A stretch of 64,000 bases of DNA from a virus (lineage: Duplodnaviria; Caudoviricetes), in IMG/VR virus record IMGVR_UViG_3300030376_004602, positions 19,268-83,267 of that record; one strand, written 5' to 3'. Below the pieces are notes generated by a model. That model worked only from the letters and a program-made list of their open reading frames with translations, searched no databases and was not told where the DNA came from. A program made the translations under genes and the position numbers. How positions within the stretch are numbered: position 1 is the first letter of the stretch; the number at the start of each line of letters is the position of its first letter. Shown piece by piece: positions 34,947-43,956 of this stretch.

Positions 34947-36022
34947 TATGTATTTATATTAAAATAGTTTAGAACTTTTTTCACAAGATCAGGTCTTGCT
35001 TTTAACTCGTCTGCAGTTGGTAGCTCTTTTAGTTTACCGACTGCGCCAATAAAGCCCATGGCTATATCGACATTGTCTATACCGTCTCGATTCTTAAGGA
35101 CAGAGATACCTCTGTAGAAAGAACCGAAGGTATTCATATCATAGCCATTGTGATTAGCAAGCCTATGACGAATAGGATTGAACAAAGCAACAACAGTATC
35201 AGCATCTTGCGCTGGGTTACCACTGTCTTTGAAATCTGATAACTGAGGGTCAGGGTGCGAATTAGATTTTCTATCCATACCCTCGATAGATCTGTTGAAC
35301 TGACTAACCACAACAGGAGAAAAGCCACATCTGTTACGGAACTTAATAAGCATCTCCGATAAATCGTCAATAGCTTTCTTCTTATTTCCTCCATGATCTT
35401 TGTTAGGTGTAATCAAACCTACGTGGTCTATCACTACTACAACGATAAGGTTAGGATCATGTTGAACAAAATCCCAGTGACCATTCTGTTGTTTAGTAAC
35501 AGTACCAATCTCATTAGCTAGTTTAAGCAAGTCTTTGTAAACAAACAAAGGACTTACAGATCCATCCACAAACTCAACATGCTGAGTCAACATGTCAAAG
35601 TAATCTTGAGCTTCTCCTAGTAGTCTATCTTCTTCTGCAGATAGTCTATAGTTGCCTCGACCAAAGATTTTATTTACGCTAAGTAGATACTTACCTTCAG
35701 ACTGTTCGAAAACTCTACGAGCCATTAGCTTAGCCATAAGAGGCATAGTCGCCATCTCTAGGTTGTAATACTTTACTCTAAGCTTCAGTGGTTGTTCGTT
35801 AGACAACATGTACTCAATAGGGTTAATCACATATGCATCTAGGACAGCAGAAGATTTACCAGTACCAGTACCTCCGCCCCATAGATCATAGCGACCTCTC
35901 TGAACATTGCAAATAACTTTAGTCAGACGATTGAACCCCATAGGCAGACCCTCATTCAGGCCTTGCTTACCTCGTTCAACCTCTTTCCAAAAGCGATCTT
36001 TAGTTTTCTGGATATCGCTCAT
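34946..36022 (-). CDS. dnaB: DnaB-like replicative helicase
   Basis: GGGTGTGKS, VVIDHVGL, VVSQFNR, SDFKDSGNPAQDAD and LKNRDG. Confidence 0.9.
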   Translation of the reverse strand: MSDIQKTKDRFWKEVERGKQGLNEGLPMGFNRLTKVICNVQRGRYDLWGGGTGTGKSSAVLDAYVINPIEYMLSNEQPLKLRVKYYNLEMATMPLMAKLMARRVFEQSEGKYLLSVNKIFGRGNYRLSAEEDRLLGEAQDYFDMLTQHVEFVDGSVSPLFVYKDLLKLANEIGTVTKQQNGHWDFVQHDPNLIVVVVIDHVGLITPNKDHGGNKKKAIDDLSEMLIKFRNRCGFSPVVVSQFNRSIEGMDRKSNSHPDPQLSDFKDSGNPAQDADTVVALFNPIRHRLANHNGYDMNTFGSFYRGISVLKNRDGIDNVDIAMGFIGAVGKLKELPTADELKARPDLVKKVLNYFNINT

Positions 36023-36152
36023 GCTTTGACATCTGTAGTTCTTGATACTCTAGTTCTCGCTGCTGTCTTTCTGCAGCAACAATGTCAATAGCTTCATCAT
36101 AAGACCTCTGCTCTTCATGCATTAGTCTCCATACTTCCTTCATCCATCCCAT
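36000..36152 (-). CDS. Small hypothetical protein (50 aa, MGWMKEVWRL...), not in the ORF track
   Basis: ATG overlaps the upstream stop (TAATG) and the ORF fills the gap to dnaB. Confidence 0.6.
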   Translation of the reverse strand: MGWMKEVWRLMHEEQRSYDEAIDIVAAERQQRELEYQELQMSKHERYPEN

Positions 36153-36379
36153 TATTCTTTTTGTTTACCGGTTAATAATAATTCATAGACTATGTCCAAT
36201 ACTTCTCCATCGGATATATCTATATCGCTTTCTGTCATCTCCGTAAGAAAAGCTTTAGCTAGTTCAGTCTTAGCGTTATTCTCTAACGCGTTGGCTATTC
36301 TTTCTAAAGCTGTTATCATACGAGGAACGTCACCCTCTATGAGCTTTCTGCCCATAAGAGTTTCGTGTAACTCTGCCAT
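36152..36379 (-). CDS. Hypothetical protein (75 aa)
   Basis: Intact operon ORF. Confidence 0.6.
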   Translation of the reverse strand: MAELHETLMGRKLIEGDVPRMITALERIANALENNAKTELAKAFLTEMTESDIDISDGEVLDIVYELLLTGKQKE

Positions 36380-36385
36380 AATAAT

Positions 36386-36931
36386 CTAGATTGTCTGCCT
36401 TCCAGCAGGGTTAAACTTCTCTTGTTTGTCTTCTAGCTCAGCTACCTCTTCACAGAATGTAGCAAGCCTAGAGTTTACAGAGTCTACATCTTTCTTACTT
36501 ATTACATAGTCTGCTCTCTGCAGATATGTGTAGTTGTTACGACTCTCACTATTGATATACCTTTGGGCTGCCCCTAGTATCAAGTCTACACTAGCATAAG
36601 TAGGATATTCTTCTATAAACTTTTTCATCTTAAATACACAAGCTTTTCTAGAGCCCATTGCACCAGACTTTTTGTTCCTAAATAGTTTACGATAATCGTC
36701 TATCCAAGACTCAATGTCTTTTACATTGGACTTATCCTTAGTAGATAAGATAATCTTGCTGGGATCATCACTAGTATTCATGATGACCCCAGCCTCTACC
36801 ATACGTGTTAGATCAATAGGGTAGTCAAACTCTTGTAGTTTATCATAAGCTTTCTCCTGTAGTAACTGCAGGTATACTTGCTCATTCGGACTCAACAGTT
36901 TCTTTTGCGGAAATTCTATTGCATATCTCAT
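36386..36931 (-). CDS. Conserved replication-region protein, possibly helicase loader/replisome associated
   Basis: Intact ORF between the two helicases. Function is inferred from position only. Confidence 0.55.
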   Translation of the reverse strand: MRYAIEFPQKKLLSPNEQVYLQLLQEKAYDKLQEFDYPIDLTRMVEAGVIMNTSDDPSKIILSTKDKSNVKDIESWIDDYRKLFRNKKSGAMGSRKACVFKMKKFIEEYPTYASVDLILGAAQRYINSESRNNYTYLQRADYVISKKDVDSVNSRLATFCEEVAELEDKQEKFNPAGRQTI

Positions 36932-38084
36932 ATAGCTCTTCTGTCTTCAAGTAAGTAACATTTTTATCGTCCTTCTGCCTCTGCTCTAACCAGCGTTTCT
37001 CTTGTGTTCCCTCGCTATATAGATTAACTATGATAGCATCCTTACCTTCCTTAGCACGAACAGTACGACCTGTCCGTTGTATATTGGTAAGCTTACTACT
37101 ATAGCCAGCAGCCACAACAGCAAGAGAAAGATCTACAAAGTCAAAGCCCGCATCCAAAGCTTGGACGGAGGAAATAACACGAGTAGAAGAGTCCTGATCC
37201 ATGAAGTTCTCAAGGATCTCTTTCTGCTTTTTCTTTCCTAACTTACTGTGAAATGTTACAGCTTCTTCTCCGATGGATTCAGTGATCTCATCGGCGAAAC
37301 CGATTGATTGCGAGAAGATTATCCCGTATCTGTCGGGGCATAAAGATACAATATTTTTTACAATTTCTATCTTATTTGGGTTGTTGATACATAGCTTTTT
37401 TCTAGCATTCATATGCTTGTAATACAGAGCACTGAGCTGCCTTTGTTTACCGTCGCCGTGTATCCTCCAGGTGTTGGCTACAGTCATCGAGGGACCATGC
37501 TGACTAAGCTTCATAGCTATTCCTCTGAACTGTCTATCAGCCTTGCCATACTCAGCCATAAGATCAGCAGGCATTTCAACAGGTACATTGTAAATCTTGT
37601 ATGGACTAATCCATCCATTCTTTACACACTCGTCGAACTTAACCTCATCAAACACAGGATACCTATCTAGTATCTCTTGATGCCTACCATCTGTTCTCTC
37701 GATAGTAGCACTAAGACCTAGAAAGTATTTGTGCTTTATGTCTAGTATAACATCTCTAGTATCCGTCGGAACAGTATGTACCTCATCACAAATGAGAAGG
37801 TCACATGCGTATTCTTCAGGTCTCATAGCTGCTGTATTGTTTACCACTACAGTAGTAAAATCTTTGATTCCAAACTTTTGTAGTTCTTCTGTCCACTGAT
37901 CTTTCAATACTATAGTAGGTACAGTAACAGTAGCTGTATCTATTAGGCCTTTCTTCTTCAAGCCTTTGATTGCCATCATAGCTATTCGAGTCTTACCAAA
38001 ACCTGTTACAGCCTGTAAGCACCCTTGATAACCTTGTACGGTCCAAGCATTTAAAGACTGCTTTTGTCTTTCATCTCTAGTCAT
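36882..38084 (-). CDS. Superfamily 2 (DExH) helicase
   Basis: TGFGKT, CDEVH, LSAT, DAGFD and QRTGRTVR. Confidence 0.92.
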   Translation of the reverse strand: MTRDERQKQSLNAWTVQGYQGCLQAVTGFGKTRIAMMAIKGLKKKGLIDTATVTVPTIVLKDQWTEELQKFGIKDFTTVVVNNTAAMRPEEYACDLLICDEVHTVPTDTRDVILDIKHKYFLGLSATIERTDGRHQEILDRYPVFDEVKFDECVKNGWISPYKIYNVPVEMPADLMAEYGKADRQFRGIAMKLSQHGPSMTVANTWRIHGDGKQRQLSALYYKHMNARKKLCINNPNKIEIVKNIVSLCPDRYGIIFSQSIGFADEITESIGEEAVTFHSKLGKKKQKEILENFMDQDSSTRVISSVQALDAGFDFVDLSLAVVAAGYSSKLTNIQRTGRTVRAKEGKDAIIVNLYSEGTQEKRWLEQRQKDDKNVTYLKTEELYEICNRISAKETVESE

Positions 38085-38485
38085 TCTAATAGATTTAGGT
38101 AATGTTCGTATTTATTTTTGTAGGCAGGGTATACATCTATTCTACCCTCTATCTTTTGTACAGCATAGACAATAGTAGAATGATCTACAGAAGCAAAGTA
38201 TGTAGCTATCTTCTTGAAGGTCATACCTGTAAGTTTTCTTAACAAAAACATACACCAGTGTCTAGGTGCAACAAGATGTCCTTTTCTAGATATACTAAGT
38301 ACATCATCTACTCTTTCCTTATAGTCTCTACAGACAATAGTTATTATTCTACAGCCTTCATCGTCGGTAGGATTGAGCAAAAAAGCGGGAGGCAAAACCT
38401 CCCGTGCTTTTATATCATAAACTACTTCTAATCTATCTGGCTTAGCCATACCTACAAAGAAGTATGGGTGTATTACTTTTGCCAA
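38081..38485 (-). CDS. Protein with DnaA C-terminal (domain IV)-like HTH
   Basis: SRKGHLVAPRHWCMFLLRKLTGMTFKKIATYF...DHSTIVYAVQKI matches the DnaA_C signature. No AAA+ domain. Confidence 0.75.
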   Translation of the reverse strand: MAKVIHPYFFVGMAKPDRLEVVYDIKAREVLPPAFLLNPTDDEGCRIITIVCRDYKERVDDVLSISRKGHLVAPRHWCMFLLRKLTGMTFKKIATYFASVDHSTIVYAVQKIEGRIDVYPAYKNKYEHYLNLLE

Positions 38486-40458
38486 TGATCTGATATTTCT
38501 GGATCAGCAATCATAGGAATCCGTCGCATAAATTTATTAGCGCCTTCTTCCATAAACTGCTTGACCTTTGGTTCAACAATAGTTACTAGTTCTTCAGGGC
38601 ACTCGACAACTATCTCGTCATGGACTAGGTTAACAACCTTAACCACTCCGAAGTAATTATTGTCAAGTATCCATTTGAATAGCTTGATACCAGCATACTT
38701 AGTCTGAGAAGCAGCAGTACCTTGAATCACATAGTTCAAACCTTTACGCTCGATCATACCTTTTAGTTTAAAGTATTCTCTAACAGTAGGTTTGTAATGA
38801 TTCTTGAACTCTGCAGTCTCAAATGATTTATGCTGACGATAATCATCCCAGAAACCTGGTTCGTTTATAGTCGTATCTAGTTCCTGGTAGTCATCGAAGA
38901 AGTCGATGAATGACTTACGGCCACTAACAGAATCAATAAGAACATACCCAAACTCTAGTGGTTTCTTCTTAGCCATCTCAAAATAACTCTTAAGTCCACT
39001 GAAGGCAGCGAAGTAATCCTCCTCTGCTTTCTTAGCTATATCAATAGGAATGTTCAGGTTTCTACTAACTGTTTCACCTGTCCCACCATAAGCTAGTGCA
39101 AAGTTGAAGCCCTTCATTACCTGCCTCTTATCCTTATGGAACTTCTTGATGTCCTCCAGTGTGACAGATGCTAGCTCCTTGTATACTACCTGGGCAGCAT
39201 ACGAATGAAGATCAGCCCCACCAGTTGTGTAGAACTTCACAAGGTTAGGTTCATTAGATATATCAGCAAGTATTCTAGACTCTTGAGACGCATAGTCACA
39301 AACAATCATCTTGTTACCTTTCTCTGCAGTAAAACAACTCCGATGTCTATCGTCACTAGGTATCTGCTGTAGATTAGGACTATTAGTACGTCTATCCCCG
39401 CAAGACATACGACCAGTATCTTTGATCTGTCTAAATGTAGTATGCACCCTACCAGTCTCAGAGTTTATTGACTTCAGGATACTTTCACCAAAGGCACTTA
39501 CAAGCTTAGTAGCTTTACTGTAAGCACGATAGGTCTTCAGTATCTCGAACTTATCTATCTGAGATTCTAGTAGTCGTATATCTACACTGTGTTTGTTCTC
39601 CTTAGCATCATAGGTATCTATACCTACAGCCTTAAAGAGTTCCAACACTTGCTTATCAGACTTCCAGTTGATAGAGCACTTAAGTCCTTCAGAGAACAGA
39701 TCTAGTTGGTTATCTACGAACTTGCTGTTAGGATAATGTTTCATCACCCAATCGCCTAGTTCCTTTTCTAACCTAGCTTGTTCACTGCTATCTTCCTCCA
39801 TCTTCTTAGACCAGCTCTGTGAGTCAAGATAGATACCGAAGTACTCAATGTAAGCAAGAGCTACAACGAACTTATTCTCGAGAGCCATACATCTAGAAAG
39901 ATCATTGTTATCAAGGGCTAGTTCCTGTGATTCTTTCAGACTGTGCAGATATTGCACGTCGGCTGCAGAATACTGGATAACTCTTGTCGAGTATCTTTCT
40001 TTATGTATTAGTCCTCGGATCTCTTTTTGTAGCTGTACTTTTAAGTATCTTCGCAGACATCCATCAAGACCACGGTAGCCAGCAGGCTTCTTCATACCAG
40101 TAGTCAGGACAGTCTCGGCTAGGAAAGTGTCAAAGACTTTGGTACATATGAAACCTTGTTTGAATAGAAACCGGAGATCGAACTTAGCATTATGCATAAT
40201 AAGAGTTCGATTCTCCAGCACATTCTTAAGAGGGCTAATGTCTACTGTTGCAACATCAATCACATATTCATTAGTACCAGTGCCTATCTGTAAATAGATA
40301 AGCCCACAGGTATGAGGATCAAAGCCCTCAGTTTCTGTATCGACAGCGAGTACTCGGTAATCCGAGATATCATCTATCATAGCTGACAGAGACCTATGCT
40401 GAATAGTCGGGGGATAGGAACTAAAAAGCTCCATCTGATTTGTTACAAAGTAAGTCAT
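38473..40458 (-). CDS. polA: DNA polymerase family A with 3'-5' exonuclease
   Basis: VDTETEG and HNAKFD (exonuclease), PNLQQIP, CDYASQESRIL (motif A), KGFNFALAYG (motif B), VHDEI (motif C). Confidence 0.95.
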   Translation of the reverse strand: MTYFVTNQMELFSSYPPTIQHRSLSAMIDDISDYRVLAVDTETEGFDPHTCGLIYLQIGTGTNEYVIDVATVDISPLKNVLENRTLIMHNAKFDLRFLFKQGFICTKVFDTFLAETVLTTGMKKPAGYRGLDGCLRRYLKVQLQKEIRGLIHKERYSTRVIQYSAADVQYLHSLKESQELALDNNDLSRCMALENKFVVALAYIEYFGIYLDSQSWSKKMEEDSSEQARLEKELGDWVMKHYPNSKFVDNQLDLFSEGLKCSINWKSDKQVLELFKAVGIDTYDAKENKHSVDIRLLESQIDKFEILKTYRAYSKATKLVSAFGESILKSINSETGRVHTTFRQIKDTGRMSCGDRRTNSPNLQQIPSDDRHRSCFTAEKGNKMIVCDYASQESRILADISNEPNLVKFYTTGGADLHSYAAQVVYKELASVTLEDIKKFHKDKRQVMKGFNFALAYGGTGETVSRNLNIPIDIAKKAEEDYFAAFSGLKSYFEMAKKKPLEFGYVLIDSVSGRKSFIDFFDDYQELDTTINEPGFWDDYRQHKSFETAEFKNHYKPTVREYFKLKGMIERKGLNYVIQGTAASQTKYAGIKLFKWILDNNYFGVVKVVNLVHDEIVVECPEELVTIVEPKVKQFMEEGANKFMRRIPMIADPEISDHWQK

Positions 40459-40460
40459 AG

Positions 40461-40682
40461 TTATAAGTTTTGTGAGTCTTCTAACTCTTCATAAAGTTCT
40501 TCTTCCATTCGAGATATCACAATAGGTGATATAATCTCATAGATAGATTCTTCTTTATGAACTACGTCAATTATATCTACGTATCCATCTGACCCAGGAT
40601 CAAGATGAGTTTGAGGTATAAACTTGTAAAAATCAAGCTCGATGTCTAACTCTATGCCGTCGTATGTATGTGTTATTTTCAT
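40461..40682 (-). CDS. Small acidic hypothetical protein
   Basis: Intact, tightly packed ORF. Confidence 0.6.
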   Translation of the reverse strand: MKITHTYDGIELDIELDFYKFIPQTHLDPGSDGYVDIIDVVHKEESIYEIISPIVISRMEEELYEELEDSQNL

Positions 40683-40930
40683 AGTAGTTCAGCATTAGTT
40701 ATGTAAACAGCTCTACCTGATCTCTCTAAACCTTCAGCATACTCTATTGCATCTTCCATCTTGTAGAAGCAGGTCGAGTATTGTACGTCATCAAATTTTG
40801 TGTATGTAACTATATGTACATAATTTTCTCTGGTGACGTTTCTCCACCAACGTGCAATCCATCTAAACATCAGTATCATCCTTGATGAATACTCCATCGA
40901 CGGTTTTACCTGTACGATTCTTAATCTCAT
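40679..40930 (-). CDS. Hypothetical protein
   Basis: ATGA-coupled to the downstream gene. The start may be later than called. Confidence 0.5.
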   Translation of the reverse strand: MRLRIVQVKPSMEYSSRMILMFRWIARWWRNVTRENYVHIVTYTKFDDVQYSTCFYKMEDAIEYAEGLERSGRAVYITNAELL

Positions 40931-41177
40931 TCCAAGCTTGGTTTAAACATTCCTGAGGAGTCATACCCAACTGGTGAGCTAGGATAATAAGAGTAACAAA
41001 AGTATCTCCAATACCATCTTTGATCTCCTCTTCTTTATTTTTAGCAATAGCACCTGCAGTCTCACCAAGTTCTTCTACTACTTTTAGCATCTGATGAGGT
41101 GCATTAAACGAAAACAGAAGACGCTTGTCTTCTGCCCACTTGCGAACATTCTCGCACAGTTGATCCATATTTTCCAT
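40863..41177 (-). CDS. mazG: MazG-like nucleotide pyrophosphohydrolase
   Basis: KVVEELGETAGAI...IKDGIGDTFVTL (EExGE...DxxGD pattern). Confidence 0.85.
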   Translation of the reverse strand: MENMDQLCENVRKWAEDKRLLFSFNAPHQMLKVVEELGETAGAIAKNKEEEIKDGIGDTFVTLIILAHQLGMTPQECLNQAWNEIKNRTGKTVDGVFIKDDTDV

Positions 41178-41181
41178 AACC

Positions 41182-41349
41182 TTACTCTTCTTTTAGTGTG
41201 TATAACATATGTCCTAGCCAATCATGAATCTGTTCTAGAGTCATTACAGGCTTACCACCTTCATCTAAGAAGGCTAGATACTCGTAGATCTCCCTGCACA
41301 CCTGGTCTGGTGTACTAGGATACTTATCGACTTCATTTACTTCAGTCAT
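41182..41349 (-). CDS. Small hypothetical protein (55 aa, MTEVNEVDKY...), not in the ORF track
   Basis: ATG to TAA ORF with an AT-rich leader, ending 4 nt before mazG. Confidence 0.6.
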   Translation of the reverse strand: MTEVNEVDKYPSTPDQVCREIYEYLAFLDEGGKPVMTLEQIHDWLGHMLYTLKEE

Positions 41350-41358
41350 AATCTTAAT

Positions 41359-41460
41359 TTAATTGGTTGTTAAATAAATAAGTAACCTCATAATAGCAGC
41401 TATCGCTATTATAAAAGTTATTGCTTGAATAAGAACTATTCTATTCTCTTGAGGATTCAT
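41359..41460 (-). CDS. Single-pass membrane microprotein (33 aa, MNPQENRIVLIQAITFIIAIAAIMRLLIYLTTN)
   Basis: ATG to TAA ORF with one hydrophobic helix. Confidence 0.5.
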   Translation of the reverse strand: MNPQENRIVLIQAITFIIAIAAIMRLLIYLTTN

Positions 41461-41483
41461 CTCTAGTTTAGTTTAAAAATTTA

Positions 41484-41540
41484 GGGGAGGCTACTAAAGT
41501 ATAACCAGCGACTGTTTTAAATTAGTATATATTCCTCCCC
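41484..41540 (-). other. Intergenic stem GGGGAGG/CCTCCCC with a 43-nt loop
   Basis: 7-bp GC-rich inverted repeat starting directly after a stop codon. Confidence 0.45.
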
Positions 41541-41756
41541 TTATTCTAGTGTATCTTCTAATGCTTTACCAGCATTCGACAAATATAAGCTAAGCTCATC
41601 ACTTCCAATAGTTACATCTAACATCTTATCTAGATCTTTCTGTAAGGTATTGATAGTATGTTTCAGCCTATGTTTAAACCTCGTATCATAAGATGCTTCA
41701 TCTAACAGCTCTTGTAAGAGTGTAGATACTACGTATATTTTAACTTCAACGTTCAT
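41541..41756 (-). CDS. Hypothetical protein (71 aa)
   Basis: Intact ORF, ATGA-coupled. Confidence 0.6.
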   Translation of the reverse strand: MNVEVKIYVVSTLLQELLDEASYDTRFKHRLKHTINTLQKDLDKMLDVTIGSDELSLYLSNAGKALEDTLE

Positions 41757-42085
41757 ACTCTTAGTCCTATTTCTTTCATAAACTTTTTAATTTTTAAAGG
41801 CTTAACCCCTGAAAGTCTACGCATTTTATTTTCTCTACTAAGCTTTTTCCACGCACGAGTACTTCCAACTAACTTAATCAATGTACGATCAACCCTACTT
41901 TTCTTAACTCCAAAGTAGTCTGCTACTTCTTGCATAGTATATCCAGAAACATACATCCTAAAGTAGTTCTTAACCTCTTCAGGACTTCTAGGATCCTTTA
42001 TTGCCCTAGCATGAGTTCTTATAGCCTTTACAGCTAAGTCTCTTTTTAATTTTTCAGGTAATTTTACCAGCTTTACTCTTTCCAT
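41753..42085 (-). CDS. Basic HTH protein, sigma-70 region 4-like
   Basis: YVSGYTMQEVADYFGVKKSRVDRTL helix-turn-helix pattern. Confidence 0.65.
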   Translation of the reverse strand: MERVKLVKLPEKLKRDLAVKAIRTHARAIKDPRSPEEVKNYFRMYVSGYTMQEVADYFGVKKSRVDRTLIKLVGSTRAWKKLSRENKMRRLSGVKPLKIKKFMKEIGLRV

Positions 42086-42113
42086 AATATTTTAACTTCT
42101 AAGTTCGTTTTAG

Positions 42114-42121
42114 TAAATTTG
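42114..42121 (+). promoter_or_regulatory. Bacteroidota -7 element TAAATTTG
   Basis: Exact TAnnTTTG match 5 nt before the ATG at 42127. Confidence 0.55.
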
Positions 42122-42126
42122 TATTT

Positions 42127-42444
42127 ATGCCGAAAAACTCATTAGCTGGTAAGCGAACAGGTAAGTCTAAGACAGCCAAGCACTATGCAAAGAATGCAAA
42201 GTCAAGAGCAAAGAAGAAGAAGTATGACAGTGAATATAACAAGTCAAAGTCAGCTACCAAGAAAAGAGTAGAGGCCAACAAAGCTAATAAGAAAGCTGGT
42301 ACCTACGGCAATAAAGATAAAAAGGATGCGTCCCATACAAAGTCAGGACGTATTGTTCAAGAATCTAGATCCAAGAATAGAGCAAGAAATGGAGCGACCA
42401 AAGGCCGCCCCAAAACTGCTCGGAGAAAGAATACTAGGAAGTAA
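42127..42444 (+). CDS. Very basic small protein with an HNH-like C-terminal motif
   Basis: K/R-rich, with KDASHTK...KNRARN. Occupies a gap with no - strand gene. Confidence 0.7.
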   Translation: MPKNSLAGKRTGKSKTAKHYAKNAKSRAKKKKYDSEYNKSKSATKKRVEANKANKKAGTYGNKDKKDASHTKSGRIVQESRSKNRARNGATKGRPKTARRKNTRK

Positions 42445-42996
42445 TTACTTACCTACTATATCATCCAGATTCAAGGATTGTGGTACCTTACCAAACACAG
42501 CGTTAACTACATTTTGAGTAGGCGAGATAAACTTGTTCTCAGGCTGTCCTGCAACAAGATCAGTGTGACGATACACAGGCTCGTCTTCTCCTGTCTCAGC
42601 ATTATAAGCCGTTACAATCTCACCAGTACCTGGATTAATCTTAGGCTGATGAGAGTTAGAGTAAGGATTCGCAGTAAAGTTCTCAGTCACCTGAATATTT
42701 ACCTCCTGACCAAACATGTCATTAGCCAATATAGGCTGACCGTCTGTAACGAAGCTACCCTCCGTGCTGCCCAAGTGAGCTTGAGCTACATCAGAATTAA
42801 AACTAAAGATGGCAGTAACAGATTGCTTATTGCTACTACCTTGAGCAATAGCAAGCAAGCTATTATTTTCACCTTCTTTTTCTATCTGTTGCATAAACTG
42901 AACAGATACTTGATCTTTATCGCTGTTGTTATTATACCACCAACGACGAACGACTACTTTGCCTGAGTCCAAGGCATTTACGAACAATGGGTTCAT
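42445..42996 (-). CDS. Hypothetical protein (183 aa)
   Basis: Intact ORF with an A-rich leader. Confidence 0.75.
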   Translation of the reverse strand: MNPLFVNALDSGKVVVRRWWYNNNSDKDQVSVQFMQQIEKEGENNSLLAIAQGSSNKQSVTAIFSFNSDVAQAHLGSTEGSFVTDGQPILANDMFGQEVNIQVTENFTANPYSNSHQPKINPGTGEIVTAYNAETGEDEPVYRHTDLVAGQPENKFISPTQNVVNAVFGKVPQSLNLDDIVGK

Positions 42997-43021
42997 AGTT
43001 ATAAAAATTAAATAAATAAAT

Positions 43022-43054
43022 AAAAAAAAATGAAGAGGAACTTAATCCTCTTCA
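43022..43054 (-). terminator. Intrinsic terminator
   Basis: 9-bp stem TGAAGAGGA/TCCTCTTCA followed by T9 on the - strand. Confidence 0.7.
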
Positions 43055-43275
43055 AAATCATCATGATCTTCAAGACACGAAAGAACTTCAAGAGAGCTAC
43101 CATGTTCAAGTAGTTCATCTTCAGGTATAGTCCTATACATTTGATAAGTACGCACTAGATCATCATACTTGTCCTTAGCTGCCAGATACTTTAGTTCATG
43201 ATATCCCATATCATGCTTCAGTCTATCAGCTTCTTGCTTGAAGAGTTCTTTTAAAATCTCATGTGCTACTACCAT
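43042..43275 (-). CDS. Small acidic hypothetical protein
   Basis: Intact ORF. Confidence 0.6.
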   Translation of the reverse strand: MVVAHEILKELFKQEADRLKHDMGYHELKYLAAKDKYDDLVRTYQMYRTIPEDELLEHGSSLEVLSCLEDHDDFEED

Positions 43276-43279
43276 AGGC

Positions 43280-43588
43280 TTAGAAATAAATTGTTATACT
43301 TTCGTTTGACTTATTGATTACAGCTGTAGTAGCCTTATCGAGTATAGCATCCATAAACCTACTATACTCTGACTTTGTAATTGTTTGAGTACGAGGTACT
43401 TCAACAACCTTAGTCTCAACAGGCTTAGTCAGCTGTCTGTATCGATCTATTACAGATCTCTCTGTACGTCCCATGCTTCTAGCAAATCTATAACGTTGCT
43501 TAGAAGTCATGTTATCTAGTCCAGACTCAGCTAATACTTTGAGGTCTGCGTTAGACCATCTTCTCTTAAAGGATTTTTTAGTTCCCAT
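43280..43588 (-). CDS. Myb/SANT-like HTH protein
   Basis: RRWSNADLKVL...FARSMGRTERSVIDRY. Confidence 0.55.
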   Translation of the reverse strand: MGTKKSFKRRWSNADLKVLAESGLDNMTSKQRYRFARSMGRTERSVIDRYRQLTKPVETKVVEVPRTQTITKSEYSRFMDAILDKATTAVINKSNESITIYF

Positions 43589-43619
43589 AATAAATAAAAA
43601 TTAAATGTTAATTAAAAGA

Positions 43620-43892
43620 TTAATCGTGGTCCCAGACCAAGTGATATTTTACACCGTTTAATAGGTGACTCCCATAGCTTGTACCTTCAGGCTTATCTCC
43701 ACAATAGAATCTGAAGTTCCTAGCATTAGGATAGTTGTGGTCAAAAGACTTCATTGTCATAGGACAAGTCTGTGAATTTTTGACCTGGTTAAACATAGTG
43801 ATCAGATAATCTTGATCACATTTCTCGAGGCTTGCGAATTTAAAGTTCTTACACATGCCTACAAATTTTCTCTCGAAGTATGTACCTTCCAT
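43620..43892 (-). CDS. Hypothetical protein (start moved to MEGTYF)
   Basis: The longer call runs through an intergenic hairpin and T-tract. Confidence 0.55.
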   Translation of the reverse strand: MEGTYFERKFVGMCKNFKFASLEKCDQDYLITMFNQVKNSQTCPMTMKSFDHNYPNARNFRFYCGDKPEGTSYGSHLLNGVKYHLVWDHD

Positions 43893-43920
43893 AATAAGAA
43901 AACTATATAAAAAAAGTAAC

Positions 43921-43943
43921 GTCCCCACTTGATGGCAGGGGAC
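43921..43943 (-). promoter_or_regulatory. Conserved-loop hairpin 1
   Basis: On the - strand GTCCCC-TGCCATCAAGT-GGGGAC. Confidence 0.6.
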
Positions 43944-43956
43944 TTCTCCATAACTA

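Noticed and set aside
25641-39523. + strand and alternate-frame ORFs overlapping the replication genes
   Set aside because: Each lies fully within a well-supported gene and has shadow-like composition.
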